A stretch of 64,000 nucleotides of DNA from Tubiluchus corallicola (GCA_030141605.1 JAQGDQ010000142.1:434001-498000), one strand, 5' to 3'. Counted from the first letter of the stretch, positions 33,581 through 55,860 are shown. Translations and numbers: made by a program. Notes: generated by a model not told the origin, from the sequence alone.

Positions 33581-35008
33581 ATGGAACTTGAAGCATCTGA
33601 TATGCAAACGACTGTGGCACCTAGTGGCCGCAATGGCAAATTGTGGAAGAAAAAACTGAAAGTGCTGAAGGACATTATATTAATCAGTGTTGCTTTTATG
33701 GTACTTTTCACGGCATTTCAATCTGTGCAGAACTTGCAGAGCAGCTTAAACCGAGACGAGGGATTAGGAGTGGCTTCGCTAAGTATCATATATGCCTCCC
33801 TGGTTCTCTCGTGCCTGTTCCTGCCTAATTTTGTCATCGATAGACTGGGTTGCAAGTGGACAATAGTCATTGCTATGTTGGTGTATGGATTGTACATGTT
33901 AGCAAACTTTTATGCATCATGGTATACTCTGGTTCCTGGTGCTATACTATTAGGCGCAGCAGGTGCCCCCTTGTGGTCTGCCAAATGTACCTATCTTACA
34001 GAAATCTCCCCGGAATATGCAAATTTAGAGGGGGTAACTACAGAAACAATTGTCAATCGATTTTTCGGCATTTTCTTCCTATTCTTCCAGAGTGGACAAA
34101 TTTGGGGAAACCTAATTTCCTCCTCTATATTTAAAGTTACGGCACCTAACGATACCATACCTGTGGAGGTAGCAATGTCTTACTGTGGAGCAGCGTTTGA
34201 TAGTTCTACTAGTGAGGGCAGCCTCAGCGATTTCAAAAACATTACAAACCCAAACTTGAAAAGACCACCTAACTCTCGGGTCATGCTTTTAATGGGAATT
34301 TATTTTGGCTGTGCAGTGGTGGCAGCTTTTATAGTAGGTGTCGGCGTTAACCCTTTGAAAAAGGACATGGGTAAAAACATAAAACGTGGAATAGATTTCA
34401 GTCTGTTCATTGCAACAGTCAAGCATTTAAAACATGTGGATCAGTTACTTCTTATACCTTTGACAATATACAGCGGTGTAGAACAAGCATTTATAGCTGG
34501 AGATTATACACTAGCATTTGTTTCGTGTAGCTTGGGTGTCCACATGGTGGGTTATGTGATGATTACTTTTGGAGTCACCGATGCTGCCGGGTCGTTTCTG
34601 TCAGGTCGGTTAGTGCAGTATGTCACTCGAATTCCCATTTTTACATTCGCATTCCTAGTTCATTCGGCAACAGCATTCGTTCTTTTATACTGGCGACCAG
34701 ATCCAAGCAAAATTGTCGTTTTCTTCATCCTGGCAGCTTGCTGGGGTCTCAGTGATGCAGTGTGGCAAACCCAGATCAATTCCTTGTATGGTGTTTTGTT
34801 TGGCCACAGTGCCACAGCAGCATTTGCAAACTACAGACTTTGGGAAAGTCTTGGCTTTGTGGCTGCATATGCTTACAGTAAATTCTTAAGTACCAAGGTG
34901 AAACTGTGGATTGTGATTGGCAACTTACTAGCAGGAGCTGTAGGCTATACTGTTGTAGAAATTAGATATTATGTAACTAAACAGAGAGACACTTATGAAC
35001 TGAAGTGA
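33581..35008 (+). CDS. UNC93A: UNC-93-like MFS membrane protein (UNC93A), intronless CDS, 475 aa
   Basis: FMVLFTAFQSVQNLQSSLN..GLG..SLS.IY, LGCKWT, APLWSAKCTYLT, FFGIFFLFFQSGQIWGNLISS, LLIPLTIYSGVEQAF, WGLSDAVWQTQINSLYG and AAFANYRLWESLGF. Confidence 0.95.
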   Translation: MELEASDMQTTVAPSGRNGKLWKKKLKVLKDIILISVAFMVLFTAFQSVQNLQSSLNRDEGLGVASLSIIYASLVLSCLFLPNFVIDRLGCKWTIVIAMLVYGLYMLANFYASWYTLVPGAILLGAAGAPLWSAKCTYLTEISPEYANLEGVTTETIVNRFFGIFFLFFQSGQIWGNLISSSIFKVTAPNDTIPVEVAMSYCGAAFDSSTSEGSLSDFKNITNPNLKRPPNSRVMLLMGIYFGCAVVAAFIVGVGVNPLKKDMGKNIKRGIDFSLFIATVKHLKHVDQLLLIPLTIYSGVEQAFIAGDYTLAFVSCSLGVHMVGYVMITFGVTDAAGSFLSGRLVQYVTRIPIFTFAFLVHSATAFVLLYWRPDPSKIVVFFILAACWGLSDAVWQTQINSLYGVLFGHSATAAFANYRLWESLGFVAAYAYSKFLSTKVKLWIVIGNLLAGAVGYTVVEIRYYVTKQRDTYELK

Positions 35009-35559
35009 TAACAGTATTCTTTGATTTTGTCTGTTCATGTTTAAGTTTTCAGCACTGTCTCGTTTATTTCACTACTATCTTATTTGTTTACCATGTCTTA
35101 ATAAAATATCTATGTCGTATTGGGTTTTGTTTCATTTTTCACACGTGCAAATCATAATTCCACCGTCCAGTAGCCTGGCTGTAGCCACTAAGCCATCTAC
35201 TTAATACAACGACAGCCTGTTGTTATTGTTGTCAAAATAAAAATTGTATTGCTTAATAATATTTTTTCTTTTCTTGTTTGCTGATGTCATAATAAGATCC
35301 GCATATAAGCATGTTATGTGCATAAAGTTAACTAATACCTCAAGGAATTCATAACGCCTTATGATATAATGTTCACTTTTCTTACACTTACAACAAATTA
35401 CACAAGCAAACTGAGATTCAGCAAAATGGTAAAAATATAGCTTTTGTTATGTGGTGTTTAGTATAACATAAAAGCTAACTATTTGACGTAGGCATCAACA
35501 GAATTTCCAGAGCATATCTCTGCATTTGATGCCTTGAAGAAAGTTTCTTTCTCATTCTA

Positions 35560-36110
35560 CGATCTAGACAAAACTTCGTCAGTGGTCCCCTTATGGCAAA
35601 TGGTCGCAAAATTTCGATTTCCACAGCACTTCACCAAATGTAGTGTGTGTCTGTTACTACTGCCTACTAGGGGAAGGTCTGTAGCCATCCATTGACGAAG
35701 CAGACATATGTACTGAGCCATGCTCCAGGAGATACAGCGCGGATGGTACCAAGGTGTCACAGTTTTATATAAATTTGTGCCCCTGGTGACTTCGTGCCTA
35801 GACCAGAAACTCTGCTGCTGTCGTCCATGAACTCCATTAGGCTGCTGACAGTATAGTCCCTGCACTAACCTCTCAAGGGCTTCACAAGCAGTTTCGGATG
35901 CTTTTGCCCGTGCTTACCAATTTTTCAGTTAACTTTTCAGTCAATAAAATGAAGGTGCTATAACAGTCAACACCAGGTACCCCGAAACCTCCACTGCAAA
36001 TCAATGCTGCCATTAGTGCAATGATGCAGTGGAACAAGTCAGCAAGTACAAAACATTCAGAAACATCCATGGTAATATATATTTCCTTGACCAAGTGTTT
36101 ATATAAGCAC
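35560..36110 (-). mobile_element. Highly degenerate non-LTR retrotransposon fragment (possibly CRE-like)
   Basis: Broken frames with GGFGVP and KCCG...ATICHKG, reminiscent of the GGLG.P and CxCG..HA..CxxG motifs. Confidence 0.25.
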
Positions 36111-36713
36111 ACCCAAGCAGTTCATGTTTCTTTTGAAAAACTAACTCTGTCTGTCTTCTACAACTGTGATCTCGCTGGTGCTACTTAGTTCAAGGTATTC
36201 CACGTTGCTGTACCTCCATCAATGTTATATGGATGCACGTATGCACATGTTGATACAGACATCACATAAGTACCATATCAGAAGAAAGAATGGTTTCACT
36301 TTGCTGAACTTTGATGTATCCTTGACATGTGGTTGGATAACTATAGTCAACACTGAAAGTCTCAAGCTTACGCCCAAAATGAATCACCACCGAATCCGCC
36401 ATCCTGGTGTTATGAATAAATTTCGGAATCATGAATTAAGTGATTAATTAATGAAGTTATCAACTTCATCAGATTATGTTGATAAAGAGACCTCCAAATT
36501 GGATCAGAGAAATTTATTAAGAAATATGTGAACTCACTTAGCTGGTAAAGCATATATTTATTGTAAGGCAAGGAATTATTGTCACAAGAGATGTGTTTAC
36601 AAGTAATAGAACAGGTGTTCATTTAGAGAGGGAAAGTTTGTCACAGGTGTTTGAATTTAAGAGAAGCGAAGCTGAATTTTATAACTTGAAGTAGTTAAGA
36701 GTATATACCTCCT

Positions 36714-37938
36714 GTAATGTAATGCGAGTTGCTGGACTATAATTGGGAAGGAGCAGGAAGAAGCTCATTTCTTGAACAGAAGTTTATGACCCAAGCGACG
36801 CGAGAATCAAAAGACGAAGCGGAGTTTCTCAGATGAGAGGCTACGCGACCTGGACATCTGGATGATCATAAACACCCAAGCCACAACAGAACCTTTGACC
36901 TATGGTGACATCTCGGGCGCGTTCCCGCGCAAAGCCATGAAGACTCCATTGGAGTATATAAGATTATGTACGGCAAGGGCTCGTGGTTAATCGTTAGGCG
37001 TCGCGAAGTGAATCGTCGTTCAGTCGTGAGTGAACAAGTTGCGGACCACGTGAGTCGTGAGTCAGGGAGAGAGGAGATCAAGTCTGGAGAGACTACAGGA
37101 ACTCTGAGAGAAGCAAGGACCGCTAGACCCAGCGTAGACAACTATCTGCGTCCTCAAAGAATTGAGCACTGGATCTGAGAATTGAGTCTTGCAACGGAAA
37201 CGGAATTGACCAATTGAACGGTTGTTATTGGTCATTCCACCAAGTTAAGTGAACTTAACATATCGTAACTTGAGAGCAACTCTGCATAGTAGCTTCATCA
37301 CAGTAATAGACACCTTAAGTGTGACGTGTAGTCGATTGTAATAATTGTTTCACATTGTAAATTAGCACCTTAAGTGCGAAGGGAGAAGAACTAGTTAAGG
37401 AAACCGTTTAGTGTCTCTGGGAGCTAATTATAAATTGTGAGCGTCTTTGGCGATTAAGTACATACATTGTAATTTAGCTAACTAAGAGTAATTGTTGTAA
37501 ACAATAAACGGATCTCGTTTAATCATAAATGATTAGTTCGAGTATGCTTAGAGGTGTCTCAGTAAACAACATCAAATTCTGTAAACGAGTCTAAGGATTT
37601 GCTGTGTACATTAAGTATTCTACGAGTTCAATTGCGGGAACTTTTGGTAGGTAGCTTTAGATTAAGACTCTTTCACAACGCGGAGTCGTAGAAACAATCT
37701 TGTGAAAAGGAATTATTGCTCTATAGATTTTATCTTAAGCTCTAGTAGCCGGGTTACGAATAACCTTTTAGCAATTAATGTATTAGAGGTGAATCCCTCC
37801 TTCAGTCTTAAGTCGAGTTGTATACGATCACATGCGTCAAATAAGAATCAATATTAATTAGGGAGATTAATATTGCACATTAAAGAGTGACTAAGATAAT
37901 AAAGTGATAACTGGTACTTGGATCCAGGATCATTAAGA
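36714..37938 (+). mobile_element. LTR-like segment (possible solo LTR)
   Basis: Composition shift starting TGTAATG, a TATATAA box at about 36956, AATAAA signals and an end at GGATCATTAAGA. No clear TSD. Confidence 0.35.
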
Positions 37939-37944
37939 AGGAGA

Positions 37945-38170
37945 TAATACTGGAACACCAACTGCGTGGTGATCAGAGGATGTCAGTAAACTACATCTCT
38001 CCAACCAGCTTCATTTCTCAGAGTTTAGCCGAAGGTCAGCAGATGAGAGGTGATCCAAAAAGCGCTACAATGATCACATCAAACACATCCTTGCCGAGTT
38101 CAATATTTCCTCTACCATCACCTGTCAATGGATGAAATCACTCATATGGCTAGACAGCGACATTGGTTAC
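37945..38170 (+). mobile_element. RTE-clade LINE 3' remnant
   Basis: Frameshifted QLR...RMS..P.QLHFSE.AEGQQMRGDPKKRYNDHIKHIL matches the RTE ORF2 C-terminal pattern. Confidence 0.5.
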
Positions 38171-38500
38171 AGGATATCAAGCACAACACATGGTAGAAAT
38201 GAAATAATGACTATGTACTTGAAAAATGAAAAAAACCTGTCCTAAAGTACATATTTGTCAAGAATAGTGTCTTCGTCTAAATAGTTTTATTTTAACCCCA
38301 TGTCACAAGCTCCTTTGCACTTATGTTAGACTGAACTAAATTTTCCTTTTTTTCGTCTCATTATTGACATCAAGCAAGGAAACATGCGCAAAACTGAAAT
38401 CCATGAAGAGGCATTAGAGAGCCCGTGAAAAAGGTAACAAATTTCGTTTTACAAGTATGGTTTCCATATCGGCATAGCAAAAAACTTGATGAAATTAATA

Positions 38501-38682
38501 TCTCGTAATTAATTTCGAAGGTATGGACTTAATATGTACATATGTAAGACTCACGACAGCTCCGACAATGGTACCATTTTTGGCGATCTATATATCAAAC
38601 GAAAGGTCTCGATCTGCACGCCTGTTTTTCAACTCTTAGATATCACTTTGACGATGACTTCAAATCACGACACTTATTCTAG
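38501..38682 (+). mobile_element. Helitron-like fragment (relative of 52-371) abutting the UNC93A pseudogene
   Basis: a|TCTC start, a shared core with 52-190, and CTAG at the junction. Confidence 0.4.
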
Positions 38683-39301
38683 GGTAAAAGCATAAAACGT
38701 GGAATAGCTTTCACTCTGTTTATTGCAACAGTCAAGCATCTAAGACATGTGGATCAGTTACTTCTTATACCATTGACAATATACAGTGGTATAGAGCAAG
38801 CATTTGTGGCTGGAGATTATACATTAGCATTTGTTTCGTGTAGCCTGGGCCTTCACATGGTGGGTTATGTAATGATTACTTTTGGAGTCACCGATGCCAC
38901 TGGATCATATCTATCAGGTCGGTTGGTGCAATATGTCACAAGAGTTCCCGTCTTCATTTTTGGATTCCTCATTCACTTGGCGACAGCGTTCTCTCTCTTA
39001 TACTGGCGACCAGATCCAAACAAAATCGTCGTCTTCTTCGTTCTTGCAGCTCAATTCTTTGTATGGTGTTCTATTTGGTCACAGTGCGACAGCAGCATTT
39101 GCAAACTACAGACTTTGGGAAAGTCTTGGATTTGTGGCATCATATGCTTATAGTACGTTATTGTGCACTAGAACTAAACTGTGGATTGTGATTTGCAACT
39201 TACTGACAGGAGCTGTTGGTTACACCATTGTTGAGATCAGATATTACGTGTTAAGAAGTTCTTGCAGAGTGACAACTGCACTTTCTGGCCTATCACAGTA
39301 G
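38682..39301 (+). pseudogene. UNC93A: Truncated, frameshifted UNC93A duplicate (3' part only)
   Basis: Aligns to about 34369-34975 with many third-position changes. A 38-nt deletion near 39051 removes CWGLSDAVWQTQI and shifts the frame. The 5' part is missing. Confidence 0.9.
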
Positions 39302-39409
39302 TGTAATTTTGCACCTTCTGACTCACGTAGTACTGTTATTTCATAGCTTCCGGCCGATGCAGTTGTGTGATTCCTTAGCTTCTGGCCACTTCTGCAGAAG
39401 TGTGTTTAC

Positions 39410-39612
39410 GTAGCTCCTAGCTCACTGCAGTAGTGTGGTTCTGCAACTCGTAGATTTCTGCAGTAGTGTGGTTCTGTAGCTCCTCGTTCACTGCAGTAGT
39501 GTGGTTCTGTAGCTCCTCGTTCACTGCAGTAGTGTGGTTCAGTAGCTAGTAGTTTTCTGCAGTAGTGTGGTTCTGTAGCTCCTCGTTCACTGCAGTAGTG
39601 TGGTTCTGTAGC
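39410..39612. repeat. 33-bp minisatellite (about 6 units)
   Basis: ctgcagtagtgtggttctgtagctcctcgttca repeated. Degenerate units extend to about 39330. Confidence 0.9.
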
Positions 39613-40020
39613 AGAACAATTACTACATATCCTTATGAAAATATTAATAGGGTCATAGAACAACGGCATTTCAGTCACAATATCTTCATTATTTTTTAGA
39701 TTATTGGAAGTAGTATGGCCACTGTATTTAAGCTTGGGTACAACCAGCATCACCGTATCATTCAAGTGCACATGTCCTGGTATTGCTTGCCGCAGCTTAT
39801 TCGGCAAACAAATAGGCACTGATTTACCTGGACTGAAAATAACTTTGCTATTGGATGCAAGAATTTCACACCACTTTAGCAGTGATAGTATTGCTGTAAT
39901 AGAAGGACAAGTAGCAAGTGAAGCCAAACCATCTGCATATAAAATGTAGTTGATTTTCACGTTGCCTATAGAGCAACCAGGAAGACTGTTCAATTATATA
40001 GACAATTCGTCCCTGTACAC
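39613..40020 (-). mobile_element. LINE reverse-transcriptase remnant
   Basis: GCSIGNVKINYILYADGL (YADD motif decayed), F..GKS and LKYSGH (KYLG-like). Confidence 0.7.
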
Positions 40021-40716
40021 ACTGGAAAAAATAATCATGAGTTTGGTAAAATTATGACAACAGAGCACTAAAAATGCATGCTAATTAATTTTATTAAAAC
40101 AATTTAGTCTTAATTTACAGCTATTTTGTCGTTTACCATTGAGTAAAAATCTATAAAATTCAACCAAATACTGATTTTGCTCGTAACTTTTTAATGTACA
40201 GTACCTATGTTTTAGGAGTCTTTATCCAACTATGTAGGACTATAGCTGCATGTACACAACAAAAAAAACTTTCAAAAGTAACATTTAAAGAACAGTAACT
40301 TTTCCAATATTGTAGAACCGAAAATCATTTTGAGATATGGTCTCTAATATGTACTTTATTATAATTTTAGTGCTCTCATTGTAATTTTATTCTTTTAAAT
40401 GTAGAATGTATTTTTATAAGTGTGTACAAATTTATGTGTAATATGCAATAATTTTAACTCGGTGAATAAATAAATTGTAACATCTAAAAAAATCACTAAT
40501 ACATATAGTCACATATGCCTGTGGAAACGGTTAATAGTCTAGCTAACTGCTTTCATTACGGCCATTATTATAATGGTACGGCTTGTGCTATTAACCCTTA
40601 GCAGATGGCGCGTTGTGCAAGCACATATCCTTAACTTTCAGCTTTTAAAATCCAAAAAGTCGTTCACTACTGATCCTCTTTCAGTTCACCAGCTGCTCAC
40701 AAACTTAATTGAGGTT

Positions 40717-50483
<9,767 letters not shown>

Positions 50484-50949
50484 GATGAAAGTGCTATCAC
50501 GTAGTCTTTTCCACTGTTTGTTATTATAGTTTGAATTTTATATCACGTACTTTGACCTGGGAAAACATAATAATTATGGTACTGTATTATGTGTGACGTT
50601 TATGCAGCAGTACCTTCTTGCTTTGTTGGCTATAGATTATAAAAACCTCGTATGACGACGCATACAGTTAATATTTGCAGATTACAGCACGATTGGTGGT
50701 GCCTGGATGGATTGTTCACATACATATAGGTTTCAAGAATCAAAATACCAGTCATTGACAGTACTCTTCTAACGTAAGTCAGTAGTAAGTGCACATAGCT
50801 GTAAACTATAAAAATATAGGGTTATGTATTCCACAATCAAATTTGAGACTACTTTCGGCAGCTTGCGTAACTATTGCATGTAACTGCAAGTTAACTGAAT
50901 GACAGCTAAAGAGCAAAACTTTTGAGCATAGAGGTTTTTATATGACCGT

Positions 50950-51700
50950 GGTACAAGAAAATGTAATGTGGTACATATAAGGAAGAATAATCCTGCCAAT
51001 GTGTAGATAATTTCAGATCATATATTACCTAGTAGCTACTGTATCCTTTGTACGTGATCCTGGCATTATGATATCAAACGATCTTAAAGTTAATTTCTAA
51101 ATTAACTGTGTCGTAACTTCTAAAAAGCTAGTACAATTTTGAACATGTTATTTAGAATATTCGAAACTAGAAATGTTAATGCACTTCTCGTGGCCTATAA
51201 GGCACGTGTCATATGTTATGGTATATTGCTCCTCTGCTTGGTCTCTATCCTATTATAGATATAGCGATATAGAAAGATATTTCACACGTAGAGTTTTCTA
51301 TAGATGCTATTTAAGCTATCTCACTCCGAGAGGCTTAAGTTACTAAGCTTAGAATCTCTTGAAGAAAGACGTCTAAAAACGATTTAGTCATGTGTTATAA
51401 TATCATACACAAAGAAATGGATTTAGACGCCGAAATGTTTTTCAGTCGTGCAATAGCCGATAACACTAGGCGGAACCATTCCCTAAAATTATATGTTAGA
51501 CGTGTTTCCAAAATTAGTTTTGCTCATTATTTGTCAAATCGCGTAGTACTTATATGGAATTCCTTACCATCACATATAAATGGACATCCTTTAGTGACTG
51601 CCATGAATGACAAATTATTCCGGAAGCGTTTAAATGCTTTGGATTTAAATCAGTGCTTATATTATAATAGGCACATGTAACCAAAATTTTTATTGTTTAA
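50950..51700 (+). mobile_element. CR1-like LINE 3' remnant
   Basis: Frameshifted KCNVVHI..RDPGIMISNDLK..ERYFTRRV..ERLKLLSLESLEERRL..CYNIIH..TRRNHSLKL..LSNRVVLIWNSLP. Confidence 0.75.
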
Positions 51701-52928
51701 TATTATTTTAATTGTAAATAAAGCTGTAATGTTGTGTATTATACAAGGCGCACTTAAACAGTCCATCCTTGTGCGTCTCTTCCGTACCCTATGACTATTT
51801 TTATTGATTGACAATGATTCAATGTTTTCATTTATCTTATTGTAATCGTTTTATGGGTGTCAAATAAGCTTAAACTTAAACATACAATAATATAAGTAAT
51901 GAAATAAGGTTAAAAATAAGGTTAATATCACCCTCCAACTTCTGATACGTTGTAGTTCTTTAGTTTAGAAGCCATCTCGCAAATTAAAATATTCCTGAAG
52001 CTATTCGCTACAGTGTAGCAGCAACTCATCGGTTATGCCTATTATAGTAGTAGGCTATGGTCTAATAACTTTTGGAGACTATTTTATTCTATGGCTTCCA
52101 TTATATTGCATGTATATATGTGCAAGTATAAATATTTTTATGTGTGTGTGTGTGCGCATGTGTGTGCGTGTGCGTGTGTGCGTGCATGTGTATTTATTTA
52201 CAACTACATATTTCATTCTGTATATAGCTTAGCTTAATTTGCCACATATTTATCCACAGAATTATAGTATTATTCATATAGTACTATTCATGTAGGTATG
52301 TACAGTATGTAAAATTTTTGTGTATGTTTGTGTAAATATGTTTCCTATAATTTCAAATTGTTTAGATTAACAGTGTACGTTTACATTCACCATTATATCC
52401 TATTGTTATTTTTCATCACTTCATTAAATTTTGTCCTGTATCAATATTTTTGATCACTGTACAATATATTATAAAGTTTAATATTAGAATAATGGCAACA
52501 TGAACAAGGCTTACCTTTGAGGTTTGGCAACGTGAATGTTAAAAAGCTAGTTATTAATGCTTATGTGTGTTTACAAGATGTATCTCTGAAGGATATGTGA
52601 AAATAACGATATTTTTATGTACGATTATGTACAATCGTTGTCATTTTTAAAAATTGTTTATTTTATGCATACTAATTTCTTTATTTTTTGTGTGTGTTTA
52701 TGCTAACTTTTCCTTGTTATATTTTGTGTATATGAATATATGTGCTGTATCTGTATGCAACGGTGCTGAATAAAAGAATAATAATAATAATATGTTCCTC
52801 TCGCATTTGGTTTTATATTGATGTATCTTGATGTAGTACTGTTACTAACCATGGCCATGTATGCGAAATAAAACGATTCTTATCTGGCAGTAGTATGGTT
52901 ATGTACGCTTATATACCAGGTTTATTAA

Positions 52929-53148
52929 GTGGCGTTTACGTAGCATCCGGATGCTGATGCGTTTTGGGCATGCGACGCCCGGTGCGAGATAGATAAAATT
53001 GGTTTATATTGTTTTCAATGCTCCCGTTTATGCAGCTTGCATATGCGTTATCCTTTTTCTGCAGTTACTTCCTATTGATTTTTTTCGCAGGCTATTCCGC
53101 AGTGGAAAACGCATCCGCATACGCATCCGGATAGAATAAAACGCCACT
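52929..53148. mobile_element. Small inverted-repeat element (Harbinger-like MITE)
   Basis: GTGGCGTTT..GCATCCGGATGC..GATGCGTTTT / AAAACGCATCCGCAT..ATCCGGAT..AAACGCCAC. Confidence 0.55.
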
Positions 53149-53851
53149 TGTTTTGTATTAGTATTGTTTTGCAAGCAGCTTTTGATGTGCAAAGTTTTCA
53201 ATTTTTCAGTAGCTTTTCTTCTGGCAAGGATTACGCAACGAAGGCTTCGTAAGTCACATTAATGGTTTCATTCAATTCTTCTGTGAAAAGCTACTGGTTC
53301 ACATTAATATCTACGTCTTCCTCCCGGGTAGAATTTGAAAGTGCCACACACAAATTTCACATTCTAAGTAACACGTTGTTAACTACTATCATGGTGTACA
53401 TTTTTTGGTAAAAATTCGTAAGTTTTCACAGCTTTTCCACACACTTTTCACATTTAGATTTCAATTTCCCAATCTGAGCCAGTTTAGACCAACGTGGTCT
53501 GTCACACGAGTACTGTAGAAAACTCTCCCAGCGATCTCTTAAAACACCAGATAGAACAGACAGCTGCTGGTGATTCCAAAACGGCTTACTGTGTTGGCGG
53601 ATTCTTTTTCGTTTTAATACATTCGTATTACGTTATATTAGTTTTTATATTTTTGTGTATAATAGCTTACTTTTTGCGCAAGTCGCGCTCTCTCTCTCTC
53701 TCTCTCTTACCAACACTACGTGCGAATAAAAACGGCTCACTTAGCAACATTCTAATGACACAACAATAATGTCACGCGCCATACAAAACACGTTTGCAAC
53801 AGTCAAAGTGCACTATCTGTTTTACCACAGTAGCCAGAGCCATTTCTTAAC

Positions 53852-54745
53852 ATGCCTGGAATACTGCAACATCAAGAGACGGAGAATCGTAGCGAGAATT
53901 ACGTCAATGGCAGACGTGACTCGACTAACAACCCTATATGTGAAATTTTGACAGAACTTGCAGTTTTATACGCCACGAGTTCTGTTGAAATAAATGAAGC
54001 ACAGCGACTGATTGATGACATACGTGAAGGTACAGATCATGCCAGGCAAATTCAATCCATTGGAGAAGCGCTAAAACCCACGAGATCGGTCAATTCTGCA
54101 GCTAAGGACCTTTTTTTACTCAATACAAGTTCTGTAGAAGCAACCGAAGCACATGTACCTGTCTTGACTGATAGCATACCCGAGAGCTATATAGATGAAA
54201 CACCACTCGTTGGAGGTCAGACTTTTAGTTCTACAGATAACGACCTTTGCAGCACTAGTTCACTAGAAGCAAGTGTAGAAGTTAGTGAAATACCAGTTAA
54301 AGATGTTACCGATTCATTGATGGATCTAAGCGTTAACGAAGCAGGAATAGTGAATTCACGCACTAATCGGGTAATACATAATATTTGTCCAATTGAAAGG
54401 CGCACGTCTGCCAGATTGGCTGGTCCTTCCCAGTTCTGTCGACCGCCAACATCAGGAATTCTCAAACGAAGACATCAAGAAGAGGATAGCATTTCCGAAG
54501 CGGCTGCAGTGTCGTCAAAGAGACGCAAAGTTTCTTTCGTGCCTCACGTCGAGGAAACCATTATTGATGACTACAATGGTGCCGTCATCACCAGCGGATT
54601 TCTGCCACTAAGGAGGCACGACAAAAAATGTTGCTTGAATAAAAATAATAATTGTAACATCGTCGAAGGTGCACATGAGGATGTATCCATAGTTGAAGAT
54701 GAAGTTTTAGATGATACATACGACACGTTCGAGTCAGCGTTCTAG
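53852..54745 (+). CDS. Intronless 297-aa orphan protein, acidic/disordered, with putative PP1-docking SILK (GILK) and RVxF (KRRKVSF) motifs
   Basis: 894-nt open frame, GC-richer than its flanks, with no recognisable domain. Contains SGILKRR and, 20 residues later, KVSF. Confidence 0.65.
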   Translation: MPGILQHQETENRSENYVNGRRDSTNNPICEILTELAVLYATSSVEINEAQRLIDDIREGTDHARQIQSIGEALKPTRSVNSAAKDLFLLNTSSVEATEAHVPVLTDSIPESYIDETPLVGGQTFSSTDNDLCSTSSLEASVEVSEIPVKDVTDSLMDLSVNEAGIVNSRTNRVIHNICPIERRTSARLAGPSQFCRPPTSGILKRRHQEEDSISEAAAVSSKRRKVSFVPHVEETIIDDYNGAVITSGFLPLRRHDKKCCLNKNNNCNIVEGAHEDVSIVEDEVLDDTYDTFESAF

Positions 54746-55479
54746 GTAGCAATACTGAAAGTGTAAAAATTGTATATTTTAATCTTATTGTAGATCTTGG
54801 CCCACGAAAATCGTTTTTGTTTTTCATTGTTTTATATGCTCTTTGTTTACGAAACTATTTTCCTTATTTGTTATTTGTGTGCGGCCAAATCTATCAAAAC
54901 TTCCAAGTGATTTATTGTTTTTCTTGTTTCTCAAGTTTGTTTACTTTGTTTACTAGAGTCACTCCAAACGTTCGGTACCTTTTCTCATTTGTATAACTTA
55001 CAGAGAAAATAGGAAACAATCATTTTAAGAACTCTGACCTACTGGCCAAAAACTGGTCAAGTCTGATTTACATAGCACACATCTGTAATGAATTATCTAC
55101 AGCTGGGCAAGGAAAACTAAAAGGAGATTGATCGTCAAGTAAAAAATATTAAGCTGGTAAGGAGGAGTACAAGAAAAACAATCCTCGAGGAAAAACTGTC
55201 CAACTCGAGTTAGAGCAACTATAGCATCAAGCAAAAACTACGAAAGCTGGGCGGAGACAACTGTAAAGGAAATAATCTCTAAGCACAAACTGTTCAAACT
55301 GGACAACTATAAAGAGAGTATTCACAACTGTATAAAATAGAAGACCTTTGATATGAACGTCTTTACCAAATCTGGTAACACGAGCTCCGATCTGTTACAT
55401 ATGTTCTTGATGTTGCCTTTATACAAAAATTATCTTAATATTTTTGTAAACTCGCACTAAGTAAGATACATATCTCCTG

Positions 55480-55860
55480 ATACCACCCATTTTGCATTTG
55501 ATTTCTTTTAATTGACATGACCCTTCTCCCTTTGTAGTATAACGTGTCCTTTTAACCAATCACTGTTTTCCAGGAGTGTGAGTAGCTGACCCCCTCTGGG
55601 CTTTTCTGTCATTTCAAGAGTTTTATGCTGTATGAAATGGGGACTCTTGAGGTAATCTTAGTGCATGTCCAATCCATTGCAATCTTTATACTTGGATTTG
55701 TTTACTTTAAGGGTTGTTCTTCACCACATCATACAAGTCATCAATGTATATATTCCGTCAGGCCTATTTAATTCCCGAACTTTCTACCGAGACAGCGTCA
55801 ATTTCCTTCTTTTGTTTAACTTTTATTGTCCATAATTCACCATGATTCAAAAATACAGGT
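55480..55860 (-). mobile_element. Degenerate RTE-like LINE remnant
   Basis: Minus strand reads RLQWIGHALRLPQESP...KPRG. Confidence 0.4.

Noticed and set aside
36714-37938. Intact LTR retrotransposon
   Set aside because: No second LTR, gag/pol ORF or clear TSD. Kept only as a low-confidence LTR-like segment.
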